Virus record (IMG/VR): IMGVR_UViG_3300032129_000203
Span: 1-30,186 of that record
DNA length: 30,186 bases
Reading direction: 5' to 3' (one strand)
DNA from: a virus
Taxonomy: Duplodnaviria > Caudoviricetes
Made by a program: the position numbers and the translations under genes. The notes below the pieces were generated by a model. That model saw only the letters and a list, made by a program, of their open reading frames with translations. It did not search any database and was not told the origin of the DNA. Below are positions 6,569 to 15,216 of the stretch, piece after piece. The first letter of the stretch is position 1, and each line of letters starts with the position of its first letter.

Positions 6569-8715
6569 CAGCGGCCCCTCCGTCCGGCAGTGGCCATGGA
6601 CCGGTTGGCCTTCACGACCTGGCCGGCGACAGCACGCATTGTGCCCATCAGTGAGCCGTCGTCGTCGCGGACCTCGAAGGTTGCACCCGATAGGTCGAAG
6701 TACGTGTCGCCGCCACCGCTACCTGCCGGCCCCTCGTCGCGTGGCACGAAGTCGCGCATGAACTGGCTGAGCTTCGATAGCGGCTGGACCACCTCTGTCT
6801 CGCCGCCCTCACCACCCACGAACAGGGTCGGGCCGGTGAGAATGCCACCCTTCGCGAGCAGCGGGATCTTGGGGATCCCGAAGGACTTGCCACCCATGCC
6901 CGGCACCCAGTTGGGAACACTGAAGCTGACCTTGCCCACGGAGTTGTTCCAGAAGCGCGCCACACTATTGAAGGCCGTCTTAAACGGGCTCGTGATCTTC
7001 GAGCCGACAGACGAGAAGAAGCCGCCGATCTTGCCGGGTATGCCCCTGAACCAGTCGAGCACAGAGTCGATGTAGCCCTTCACGGTCGACTTGACCGAGG
7101 AGAACTTGTTCCCGATCTTCACACCGATGTTCGAGAAGAAGCCGACCACCTTGCCGGGGATGGCCCCAAGGAACCCCGTGATTTTGCTCCAGTTCGAAGT
7201 GATCAGCCCGATCGGAGAGTAGGACCACGCCTTCTTAATGAAGTTCCACGCTGTTTGGAAGAACCCCACCACCTTGTCCTTGACCCCGGAAATGTACGCG
7301 GTGATCTTGCTCCAGTTCGAGGTGATCAGGCCGATCGGGGAGAACGACCACACCTTCTTGACGAAGTCGAGGACCTTGCCGAGCCAGGCGCTCACCGACT
7401 CCCATCCGGACTGGAAGAAACCCTTGATCTTCTCCCAAGCCACGCTGAGGAAGTCCGTGAATCCAGCCCAGATCTTCTGACCCAGTTCGGTCTTGGTGAA
7501 GAACCACACCAACCCAGCCACCAGGGCCGCGATCGCCGTGATGATCAGACCTATTGGGTTCGCCGACATCACCGCGTTGAACGCGAGTTGCACCGCAGCT
7601 GCGGCCTTCGTCGCCATCTGCCACGCCGCGATCGCGCCCGTGAAGAGCTTCCACGCGACGACACCTGCACCAATGCCTACCGCGAGCGCGGTGAGCCAGT
7701 CGCGGTTGCGGACTATCCAACCGCCGAGGTCCTGGAAAGCGGGGACGAGGGTGCCGGTGAAGTATGAGCCGGCGCGCTGTGCCCAATCAAAGAGCACTGC
7801 GCCCGCGTCGTTGATCCGTCCCATGATGCCGTCGAACTCACCGATCTCAGACTTACCTGTGAGGGCGTCCCAGAACACGGTGACGGCGGGCACGATCTTC
7901 TGGTCGATGAAGTCTGAGAACTTCCCGATCGCGGGTAGCACTTTGGACGTGAACCACTTCACGACGGTGGCGAGGACGGGCACAAGGCGCGTGCCGAGCT
8001 TGGCTTGCAGGTCGGTGACCGATGCGCCGAGGATCTTCTGCTGATTGGCTAGCCCACCCGAGGTCTCCGCGAAGTCACCGGCAGCAGACGCACCGTCCTT
8101 GTGGATCAGAGCGAGAGTCGCCGAGACCTTCTCCTGCTGAGTCAGCGCGTCTGCGGTGTCCTTGCCCGTCATCGCGAGCGCTTCTTGCTCCACGCGAGCC
8201 GCGTTGATGTTTGGGATCAGAGCCTGCAGCGAGTCGTACTCACCGCGGGTAGCGGCAGAGATGCGGTCCAGGACGTCAGCAGTCTCGAGGTTGTGGAAAC
8301 TACCCAGGTCAGCGCCGAGCTGCACCACTTCCTGGGACGTCTTCGCGGCCTCCTCGCTGCCCATGCCGAGCTGCGAGAACATGTCGCCAAAAGTCGCGGC
8401 AGCTCCCAGCGCTGCCTCCTTGGACAGACCCACACTGGTAGCGGCCTTATCTCCCCACTTCTCCATGGCGGCGGCGTTGTCACCGAAGATCACTGAGCTC
8501 TTGTTGAGCGTCTCGGAGAGGTCCGACGCGGCAGTGATCGACTTCGCAACGAACACACCGCCGGCAACCGCGGCCGCCGTTAGGGCCGCGACGCCGGCAG
8601 TCTTGAGGGCATCGAACTTCTTGGATTGGGCGCCCAGGTTACGGCCGAACTTATCGACCTTGCCCGATGCCTTGTCGTTCGCGACGAGGTTGAACGTGAT
8701 GTTTGATCCAGCCAC
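6568..8715 (-). CDS. Tape measure protein, 715 aa
   Basis: Longest tail ORF; Ala/Gly-rich; ANPIGLIITAIAALVAG; periodic W/F repeats (WSxSPIGLITSNWSKIT twice); IPLLAKGG; SD GGAGGAGG. Confidence 0.95.
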   Translation of the reverse strand: MAGSNITFNLVANDKASGKVDKFGRNLGAQSKKFDALKTAGVAALTAAAVAGGVFVAKSITAASDLSETLNKSSVIFGDNAAAMEKWGDKAATSVGLSKEAALGAAATFGDMFSQLGMGSEEAAKTSQEVVQLGADLGSFHNLETADVLDRISAATRGEYDSLQALIPNINAARVEQEALAMTGKDTADALTQQEKVSATLALIHKDGASAAGDFAETSGGLANQQKILGASVTDLQAKLGTRLVPVLATVVKWFTSKVLPAIGKFSDFIDQKIVPAVTVFWDALTGKSEIGEFDGIMGRINDAGAVLFDWAQRAGSYFTGTLVPAFQDLGGWIVRNRDWLTALAVGIGAGVVAWKLFTGAIAAWQMATKAAAAVQLAFNAVMSANPIGLIITAIAALVAGLVWFFTKTELGQKIWAGFTDFLSVAWEKIKGFFQSGWESVSAWLGKVLDFVKKVWSFSPIGLITSNWSKITAYISGVKDKVVGFFQTAWNFIKKAWSYSPIGLITSNWSKITGFLGAIPGKVVGFFSNIGVKIGNKFSSVKSTVKGYIDSVLDWFRGIPGKIGGFFSSVGSKITSPFKTAFNSVARFWNNSVGKVSFSVPNWVPGMGGKSFGIPKIPLLAKGGILTGPTLFVGGEGGETEVVQPLSKLSQFMRDFVPRDEGPAGSGGGDTYFDLSGATFEVRDDDGSLMGTMRAVAGQVVKANRSMATAGRRGR

Positions 8716-8718
8716 AGT

Positions 8719-9000
8719 TCACCTCCTCCGGTTCTGGCGCCGATTCTCGGCGCGGTCTTTCTCTTGCTTCTCGATAAACCGGTCATTGGCGCTGGCAAGG
8801 ATCACCCAGTCGGCCCACTTCATCCGCCACACATCGGAGGCGGTATAGCCGGGGAAGTACTGCAGGATCGTGACAAGACGTTTGCGGACGGACCGTTCAA
8901 TGAGCGGCTCGTTCGATATCGCCTCGGCTCGGTTCAGTTCCCTGCTGGAAGCTGAGCGCCGTCGTCGGCCGGATCCGAAGCCGTCGACGGTGTCGTAGGG
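8719..9000 (-). CDS. Tail assembly chaperone, -1 frameshift extension (lambda gpT equivalent; absent from the ORF track)
   Basis: Open -1 frame with no evident own start, reading ...RLVTILQYFPGYTASDVWRMKWADWVILASANDRFIEKQEK...RRR*; fills the gap before tape measure. Confidence 0.75.
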   Translation of the reverse strand, partial: PYDTVDGFGSGRRRRSASSRELNRAEAISNEPLIERSVRKRLVTILQYFPGYTASDVWRMKWADWVILASANDRFIEKQEKDRAENRRQNRRR

Positions 9001-9335
9001 TCTTCGTCGTCCTCCGTGGGCTCACCGTCGCTATCGGGGTTTGCCTCGTCCAGGTTGTCTCCGGGCTCCTCGATCACGTCGAAGTCCGAGAACCGCATGC
9101 GCTTGACCACGTCAAAGCTGACTGGGTGGTTGTTGGAGTGCAGCGTGAGGAACAGTCCGCATTGCAGACCGAACACCTCGACAGCGGTGGCTTCCTTCAT
9201 GATCTCTTTCATCGTCTTACCGGTACCGCGCTGCAGCGCCGCCACGTGCTCGAGCTCGGCGTCGTCGAGACCTATGCCTGGATACTCCTGGCCGGCGAAG
9301 ACAGCCCCTTCGGGACCTGTGAATTTGAACCGCAT
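8934..9335 (-). CDS. Tail assembly chaperone (gpG equivalent), 133 aa
   Basis: Acidic small protein upstream of tape measure, ending EDPT... Confidence 0.8.
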   Translation of the reverse strand: MRFKFTGPEGAVFAGQEYPGIGLDDAELEHVAALQRGTGKTMKEIMKEATAVEVFGLQCGLFLTLHSNNHPVSFDVVKRMRFSDFDVIEEPGDNLDEANPDSDGEPTEDDEDPTTPSTASDPADDGAQLPAGN

Positions 9336-9347
9336 GGCGGCTCCCTC

Positions 9348-9938
9348 CTAGCTGATGGGTGGATTGGTACGGACGACCTGCTGGGCGTCCTTAATGACTT
9401 GCTCAAGTCGGTCGCGGGCTTCGACGCCGCCGATGGCGACGCCACGGGAGAAGTACTCGAGCCCCTTCTGTGAGGCCCACACATCTGTGCCGAACACACG
9501 GTGCTTGATGATCTTTTGATTGAAGGCCTTCGATGGGGATCCCGACGTTGTGGCGACCTTCAGGTTGAGGCGCTTGGAGTTCCCCGTTGGCACCTTCATC
9601 TTGAGCCCGTCCGCGATCGCCTGGCGGGTCTGGTTCTTCGACCGCCCGGTGGACTCCGCTCCCTCGACACGTGCGAGACGGGCACCGGCGAGCGCCTTGG
9701 CGAGCGCTCCCCGGCGATACCCACCACGGCGCGTAGGTTGCGCCTTCGTGTACTCGCGCTTGGTGAGCGTGCCCGGGTTCTCCGTCGCGAGGATCTCTCG
9801 CTGCCGGTCGACGATCGCGTCGCCGGCTTTCTTCATCGACTTCCTGAGTCCTGTCACCAGTGCCTTGTCAACCGCCTTGAGGTCGTCGAGAACTGCTGGC
9901 AGATTCGTCCGGATATCGAACGGCTGTTCCTTGGCCAC
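9348..9938 (-). CDS. Basic virion morphogenesis protein (HK97 gp10-like tail completion candidate), 196 aa
   Basis: LRKSMKKAGDAIV and KHRVFG-x-x-x-W-x-x-Q motifs; lies between the tail tube and chaperone genes. Confidence 0.6.
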   Translation of the reverse strand: MAKEQPFDIRTNLPAVLDDLKAVDKALVTGLRKSMKKAGDAIVDRQREILATENPGTLTKREYTKAQPTRRGGYRRGALAKALAGARLARVEGAESTGRSKNQTRQAIADGLKMKVPTGNSKRLNLKVATTSGSPSKAFNQKIIKHRVFGTDVWASQKGLEYFSRGVAIGGVEARDRLEQVIKDAQQVVRTNPPIS

Positions 9939-9946
9939 GGCGGTGC

Positions 9947-10978
9947 CTAGATGTCAGAGTCTTGCGTGCGGTACACCACATAGATGGGTGCGTTGGTGAG
10001 GTCGTCGAGTCCCACGAACGGGATCGACTGGGTGATGACTTCACCACCGTTGGACTTCGGCAACTCACCGTTCAGCTTCACTGCCGGCACCACGATCTGC
10101 AGCATCGCTGTGACGCCTGCGGCGATCTCTTCACCGCGGGAGAAGTTCAGCACCAGCGATAGCGTCGAGTTGTTGATGTAGGCGTCACGCAGAGCGGTTG
10201 AGTCGAACTCGGCGGTGACCTGCCCCTCGACCGATCCCATGCCGAGAGCGTTCTTGCGGGTACGCGTGCCAGCCCCACCAAGGTTGAAACCGCCCGTGTC
10301 GAGGGAGTTGGCCCACTTCACGGAGAAGTCCGAGATGTTCGCGAGGGTGTCCCCGGCAGAGGACGCGAGCGCGGTGGCGGTGGGCACTGTGAGCGCCGAG
10401 TCGTCCAGGTGGATTGAGCCGTGCACGAAGGTGAACAGCTTGGAGCCCGCAGCGTAAGACGGGGCTGCGTACTCGTCGGTGGTGTTGAGGTTCTTCGCGA
10501 GCCACTCGGTGGTGACCTTCACGATCTCGCCGGCGGCGGCCGCGAACTCGATCGACTCACACATGGCGCCCACGAAGGTGTGCGCCAGGATCGCACCGCC
10601 TCCCAGCGGGGGGATGCCCTTCTGGATGGTGTAGGACTTCGCGAAGTCCGAGTCGTTCGGGGTGTGGACTTGCTGGAACACACCGGCGGCAGTGGGGACC
10701 TCAGTGTTGGTGACGGTGCCGAGGGCTGCCTCGAGGAGGATCCCGAGTCCCGACGTCGACGCCTCGAGCTCGATCGAGCCACCCGGTGCGACCTGCGAGA
10801 ACTCACGGCGATCGGCACGGGCCACGCGAGAGCCAACTCGCATGCCCTCACCTTGCACAAACGTGCGGTTGTCGTCGAGCGCCTCGGAGACGAACTCGAG
10901 GAACTGGTCAGGGACGACAGCCGTGCCGTACTCAGACTCTTCCTTGATCCCGATTGAGCAGTCGAGTTGCGTGGTCAT
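9947..10978 (-). CDS. Major tail tube protein, 343 aa
   Basis: GIKEESEYGTAV start and SYTIQKG motif; size and position. Confidence 0.88.
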   Translation of the reverse strand: MTTQLDCSIGIKEESEYGTAVVPDQFLEFVSEALDDNRTFVQGEGMRVGSRVARADRREFSQVAPGGSIELEASTSGLGILLEAALGTVTNTEVPTAAGVFQQVHTPNDSDFAKSYTIQKGIPPLGGGAILAHTFVGAMCESIEFAAAAGEIVKVTTEWLAKNLNTTDEYAAPSYAAGSKLFTFVHGSIHLDDSALTVPTATALASSAGDTLANISDFSVKWANSLDTGGFNLGGAGTRTRKNALGMGSVEGQVTAEFDSTALRDAYINNSTLSLVLNFSRGEEIAAGVTAMLQIVVPAVKLNGELPKSNGGEVITQSIPFVGLDDLTNAPIYVVYRTQDSDI

Positions 10979-10980
10979 GG

Positions 10981-11334
10981 TTACTCCCCTTCGTTGCCGG
11001 CGGCCGGCGTGGTGGTGTGCTCGTCCATGTACTCATTGATGAGCGTCGCGATGGCGGCCTTGGTGGCGTCTTCGGGCACGTCGATGCCAAGCGACGCAGC
11101 GTGGGCTAGCAGTTCGGGCTTGTTAACGTTCTTCGAGCCGCGAGCAGGCTCTTCGACGCGCAGCCAGATCGCCTGACGTATGAGCCGGGTGGCGTGCTCC
11201 GGCGAGACCTCGATGATCTCCCCGCGCTTGACGATGCGGCCACGCAACAGCGGTACCTCGAGCGCTGCCCGGGGTGACACATTGCGGATCCGCACCAGTG
11301 CCGGTGCGTCGGGGTTGGGGGTGGGGTCGGTCAT
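10981..11334 (-). CDS. Small virion-module protein with C-terminal HeH/LEM-like motif, 117 aa
   Basis: NKPELLAHAASLGIDVPEDATKAAIATLI. Confidence 0.65.
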   Translation of the reverse strand: MTDPTPNPDAPALVRIRNVSPRAALEVPLLRGRIVKRGEIIEVSPEHATRLIRQAIWLRVEEPARGSKNVNKPELLAHAASLGIDVPEDATKAAIATLINEYMDEHTTTPAAGNEGE

Positions 11335-11348
11335 GGCTTCTCCTTCAC

Positions 11349-11819
11349 TTATCCGCGCAGTCGCGCGTGGGCTTCATAGACGACGATCCCGACCCACATG
11401 CGCCCCTTGCCGCCTTCGGCCTGGAACTCTGCGGAGTCGGAATCGAATGTGATCTCGAAGCAGTCGCGCACGACCGATCCAAGGGTGGTGTTGTCAGGCT
11501 CAGCAGCTGTGCGGAGGTGCTCGCTCAACGTGCCGGCCATCTCACACATACGCTCAAACGCGGCCTGGTCTGCCGTGTCACCATCGCCACGGCGGAAGGA
11601 GTGGAACTCGACGTCGACCAGCAGCGTGACCTCGCGGCCGCGGTTCGACGCGGCGTGCTCCTGCTCAGTTCGCACGGGGCCGATGATCACCATGTCGTCC
11701 GTGTACTTGCGGCCGACGCGGCTCCACGCGACAGTCGTGTCATCGTTGGCAAGGACGTCCACCGTCGTGGCCTGCACCGCCTTGCGGAAGTCACCAGCCA
11801 GGGTGACTAGCGTGCTCAT
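11349..11819 (-). CDS. Putative tail terminator, 156 aa
   Basis: Size, position and ATGA coupling to the adaptor gene. Confidence 0.6.
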   Translation of the reverse strand: MSTLVTLAGDFRKAVQATTVDVLANDDTTVAWSRVGRKYTDDMVIIGPVRTEQEHAASNRGREVTLLVDVEFHSFRRGDGDTADQAAFERMCEMAGTLSEHLRTAAEPDNTTLGSVVRDCFEITFDSDSAEFQAEGGKGRMWVGIVVYEAHARLRG

Positions 11820-12595
11820 GCTGTACCTGCTGCGCGAGGCAGTGACTGCAGCAGCTCCTGGGCGCGGCGCGGGATCGCGAAGCCCATCGGAGTCATGACC
11901 GTGTCTTCACCCGCTGGCTCAGGGCGGCCATCCTGGCGCGTGGCCATCCACATATGGGCGATGATCTCTAGGCACGCTTGGCGGGCCTGAGGGGGAATCT
12001 GTTGGTCGCCGGCGGTGAAGCCGATCGACACCTTGTCGTAGAACATGTGGGTGCGGGAGTGGACGATACCGGCGTCTTCGTCGACCATGTAGTCGTCTTC
12101 ACCGAGTTCATTGCCGTCGACCGTGACAGACGTGACGGCGATGTCCGTGTGGGGCAGAACCATTGCGCGCGTCGGGTACATCAGCACCTCGGTCCACGTC
12201 TTCTCGGACTTGATCAGCGGGCCGGTAATGTACTCGACCACCGCCGTTGCTGATGCGATGTAGAGGCTCAGAGCAGCGAAGCGAGCGGACCCGGTGGTCT
12301 GCGACTCACTGAGACGCTCGAGCGCATCACCGCGTGACACCAAGTAATGCGGGTCAGTGGGCCACACGTCGACCACGTCGGCGTACTTCTCAGTTGGCGT
12401 CGACCACAGCAGCACGTACCTGCCCGGCAGGTCCGGTGTGACGGTCACCTTGTGGGACGTGCCCTCGTCGGTGACCGACGGGGCCGCGAGCGCGGTGCCG
12501 TCCGGCTTGGTGACTGCGAGCGTGGCAGACTCGCCGGCGGTCGATGACACCCAGGTGAGGGTGGTCGGCGCGCCGACGAGCTGCACGATGCTCAT
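11816..12595 (-). CDS. Head-to-tail adaptor with N-terminal beta-sandwich-like extension, 259 aa
   Basis: IASATAVVEYITG, IPPQARQACLEIIAHMW and FAIPRRAQELL motifs. Confidence 0.8.
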   Translation of the reverse strand: MSIVQLVGAPTTLTWVSSTAGESATLAVTKPDGTALAAPSVTDEGTSHKVTVTPDLPGRYVLLWSTPTEKYADVVDVWPTDPHYLVSRGDALERLSESQTTGSARFAALSLYIASATAVVEYITGPLIKSEKTWTEVLMYPTRAMVLPHTDIAVTSVTVDGNELGEDDYMVDEDAGIVHSRTHMFYDKVSIGFTAGDQQIPPQARQACLEIIAHMWMATRQDGRPEPAGEDTVMTPMGFAIPRRAQELLQSLPRAAGTA

Positions 12596-12602
12596 GGGCT
12601 AC

Positions 12603-12890
12603 CTACTTGCCCTTCGAGTCGGCGGCGGCCTTGTCAGCTGCTGCCTTCTCTTCGGCTGCCTTGGCGTCAGCAGCAGCCTTCTCGGCTGCGCGTACTCCTG
12701 CGACGTCGCCGCCGTATGCCTTGATCTGGGCGTCGACCTGCTTGACACGGCCCGCGTACTTGGGGCCGCGCTGAACGTAGCCGGCGCGCTCGGTCTGGAG
12801 CGCTTCGAGGATCTTCTGCTCCTGGGTCTTCTTGCCATCGGCTGCCTTGCGCTCAGCAGCGGCGGCCTGACGGTTCGCAGTGCGAGCCAT
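12603..12890 (-). CDS. Ala/Lys-rich hypothetical protein after the capsid gene, 95 aa
   Basis: SD GGAGG; ALQTERAGY...RVKQVDAQIK pattern. Confidence 0.75.
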   Translation of the reverse strand: MARTANRQAAAAERKAADGKKTQEQKILEALQTERAGYVQRGPKYAGRVKQVDAQIKAYGGDVAGVRAAEKAAADAKAAEEKAAADKAAADSKGK

Positions 12891-12935
12891 GGTGGTACCT
12901 CCGTGAAAGTGGGGTGGGTGAGAGTGGTGCCTGGT

Positions 12936-12968
12936 GGGTGGGGCCCGCGGGTTACGCGGACCCCACCC
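12936..12968 (-). terminator. GC-rich 14-bp hairpin after the capsid gene (terminator/attenuator or RNA stabiliser)
   Basis: GGGTGGGGTCCGCG-TAACC-CGCGGGCCCCACCC; one G-U pair on the - strand; no U-tract. Confidence 0.6.
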
Positions 12969-12977
12969 GGTTCCCGA

Positions 12978-14387
12978 CTAGAAGGTCGGGGGAACGAGGC
13001 CGGTGCCGCCGATGACCTGCACGGCGCCCGGGTAGCGGGTGAAGCAGGTGGCCTGGTAGCCGTAGACCACGAAGTCGATGCGCAGCTTCTTGGCCTGGGT
13101 CTGCTCCGCGCGGATCATCATCGGCGCCGAGGGGTCCTCCCAGAGGTGGGCCTCCTTCTTCGAGTACACCGCGACGCGGTCCTCGTTGGTGCCGGTGCCC
13201 AGGTTCGACGGCAGGTTGCCGTCGGTGATGACCGGGTCGTCCGACGGCAGGTAGCCGCGCACGCCCTTGAGTCCGCCGGTGATGATGCCCTGACCCTGCG
13301 CACCGACATTGCGACCCGAGATGAACGGGTGCGTGTCGATGAACTGGTTCATGAGCCAGCGCCACCGGTTGCGGCGCATCAGCACACGGATGTCGCCGTC
13401 GACGGTCTGGTCCTTGAGTGCCTCCTCCACACCGGAGATCCCCTGCAGGATCTTCGCGTAGAGCTCGATGGCGGTCGGGTCGGCGTCGGTGTAGGTCACC
13501 GCGGTGCCGGCGGCCAGGAGGCCGGTCGACGCACGGTTGATGGCCTTGCGGTCCTTGTCGGTGTAGTACTCGCGGACGAGGTCCTCGAGCATGGCGTCGA
13601 CAGCGTCAGGTGCCCGGTCGAGAACCTGGCGAGGAATCGACTGCGAACCCGCGACCGTGTAGATCGGCACAGTGATGAGCTCGTCGTCGAGGTCCGTCTC
13701 GTCGACGTCGTCACCCTGCGCGGCCTGCTCGTCGACGGAGGTGCCCGTCGTGATCTTCGGTATCAGGGCCGTCATGCCCGTCGCGGGGAGATCGTGCACC
13801 GTCATGTTGTCGGAGTTCGCGAGCTGTGCACCTTCCTTCGCCTCGGGGGCGAACAGGTCGGTGAGGTACTCAGGGATCGCGAAGCCCGACACGTTGGCCG
13901 TGCTAGCGATGCGCTCGGAGACCGGGGTGCCGGCCTCCTTGCGCGCGTCAAGGACCTGGCGGGTCGACTTCTCGAGTCGCGAGCGCGCCTCGGTGTTCCC
14001 GAGGAACGCCTGCGCGACGTCCCGCATGAACGCCTTGCCCTTGGGGTCCTGGTCCTTGCGGTAGACCGCTTCGTCTCCGGTGACGCGCGTGACCTCACGG
14101 GTCTCGTTCGCGTCATCGGGGAGGTCGGCTCCAGTGCGGGTCTCGGCGGCACGTGCCTCCGCGGCCTCATCGTCGGCGATTTCAACCCTGAGGTCTGCCG
14201 CGCGCTGTTCCATCGCGGTGAGCTCATTGTCGATTGCTTCGCGAAGGTCGAGCTTGCCGGCGATCTCGTCCTGGTTGGGGCTTTCCTGGCCGCGCAGCTG
14301 CTTGAGCTGGTCGACGACCTCGGAACGCTCCGTGTACTTCGCGGAGATGCTTCGCAGCGTCTGCGCGAGGATCTTCTTGGGATCCAT
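12978..14387 (-). CDS. Major capsid protein, HK97 fold with N-terminal coiled-coil scaffold (delta) region, 469 aa
   Basis: Start MDPKKIL after SD AAAGGA; GFAIPEYL and IPKITTG motifs; follows the protease. Confidence 0.93.
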   Translation of the reverse strand: MDPKKILAQTLRSISAKYTERSEVVDQLKQLRGQESPNQDEIAGKLDLREAIDNELTAMEQRAADLRVEIADDEAAEARAAETRTGADLPDDANETREVTRVTGDEAVYRKDQDPKGKAFMRDVAQAFLGNTEARSRLEKSTRQVLDARKEAGTPVSERIASTANVSGFAIPEYLTDLFAPEAKEGAQLANSDNMTVHDLPATGMTALIPKITTGTSVDEQAAQGDDVDETDLDDELITVPIYTVAGSQSIPRQVLDRAPDAVDAMLEDLVREYYTDKDRKAINRASTGLLAAGTAVTYTDADPTAIELYAKILQGISGVEEALKDQTVDGDIRVLMRRNRWRWLMNQFIDTHPFISGRNVGAQGQGIITGGLKGVRGYLPSDDPVITDGNLPSNLGTGTNEDRVAVYSKKEAHLWEDPSAPMMIRAEQTQAKKLRIDFVVYGYQATCFTRYPGAVQVIGGTGLVPPTF

Positions 14388-14475
14388 GATGTTGTCCTTT
14401 CGGATCGGGGGGTGGAGTGATTCGATGCCAGACAGCCAGGACGCCAGGCGATTGCGCGGCGGCGCGGATGTGCGG

Positions 14476-15216
14476 TCAGTGCGCCAATGCTCGGCGCGGA
14501 GCGATGTCGTCCTCAGAGATGAGGTCGACACCACGCTTCTTGGTGGGGGTCGCGAGCGCTGAGCGCTCGTCGTCGGTCGCGGCGTCAGCGTCGTCGCTGG
14601 CGAGACCGGACCCTGCGGTGAACGGGTTTGCGCCGTAGCCGACGATCGCGACGTCGCCACGGTGGAGGTCTACCTGCTGGATGTTGTACTGCGTGTAGTC
14701 GGGGGACCACTGGCCGCGGACGATACGGAACGCGAACGACATCTCGTCGATGTGGCCGGCGCGCAGCTTGGGCACGATGTACGCGACGTCGGGGTCGGAC
14801 ATGCGCAAGGTGGCCTTCACGTGGAGGCCGTTGCCGTCCTCGGTGAGGGTCAGGTCCGCGGTGAGGGTGCGGGCGATGCGACGGATCTGGTCGTGTCCGA
14901 TGACGAACGGCACATCGAGGTCGACCTGGGCGAGCGTGACGGCAAACGCGCCGGCGTCCACGATCTCGTCGTAAGGGCCGTACCAGTCCCACATCTCGTA
15001 GGCCTCGCCGGTGATCGAGGCGTAGCCATCGAACTCGACGGTGCCGTCCTCGCTGACGTCGCTGACGCGCATCTGCGTGATGCGCGCGGATACCCGCGCG
15101 GTCGAGATGGGGCTCTCGGCGCACCGGCGGCGAGAGGGGCGGTCAGCGAGCGCACGCACCTCGCAGGAGCGCTTGGCCGCGGCGTCGACGTGACGCTGCT
15201 GCAGCTTGGTGATCAT
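14476..15216 (-). CDS. Prohead maturation protease, HK97 family, 246 aa
   Basis: FDGYAS, EIVDAGAF, IGHD (His), EMSFAF (Ser) and GANPFT motifs. Confidence 0.92.
   Translation of the reverse strand: MITKLQQRHVDAAAKRSCEVRALADRPSRRRCAESPISTARVSARITQMRVSDVSEDGTVEFDGYASITGEAYEMWDWYGPYDEIVDAGAFAVTLAQVDLDVPFVIGHDQIRRIARTLTADLTLTEDGNGLHVKATLRMSDPDVAYIVPKLRAGHIDEMSFAFRIVRGQWSPDYTQYNIQQVDLHRGDVAIVGYGANPFTAGSGLASDDADAATDDERSALATPTKKRGVDLISEDDIAPRRALAH

Noticed and set aside
7178-7350. About 50-bp imperfect direct repeat (123-bp period)
   Set aside because: Ordinary tape-measure protein repeat (WSxSPIGLITSNWSKIT) with silent divergence
12357-14420. 687-aa + strand ORF antisense to the capsid gene
   Set aside because: Shadow ORF from GC3-biased codons on the opposite strand; no motifs or SD. 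The same applies to the other long antisense ORFs in the track.
14388-14660. 91-codon upstream extension of the capsid ORF (possible protease-capsid frameshift fusion)
   Set aside because: Ser/Thr/Pro/Arg-rich off-frame composition, no slippery site, and a good SD at ATG 14387
14814-14827. parS-like palindrome (CCTTCACGTGGAGG)
   Set aside because: Partial match only, single copy, inside the protease coding sequence
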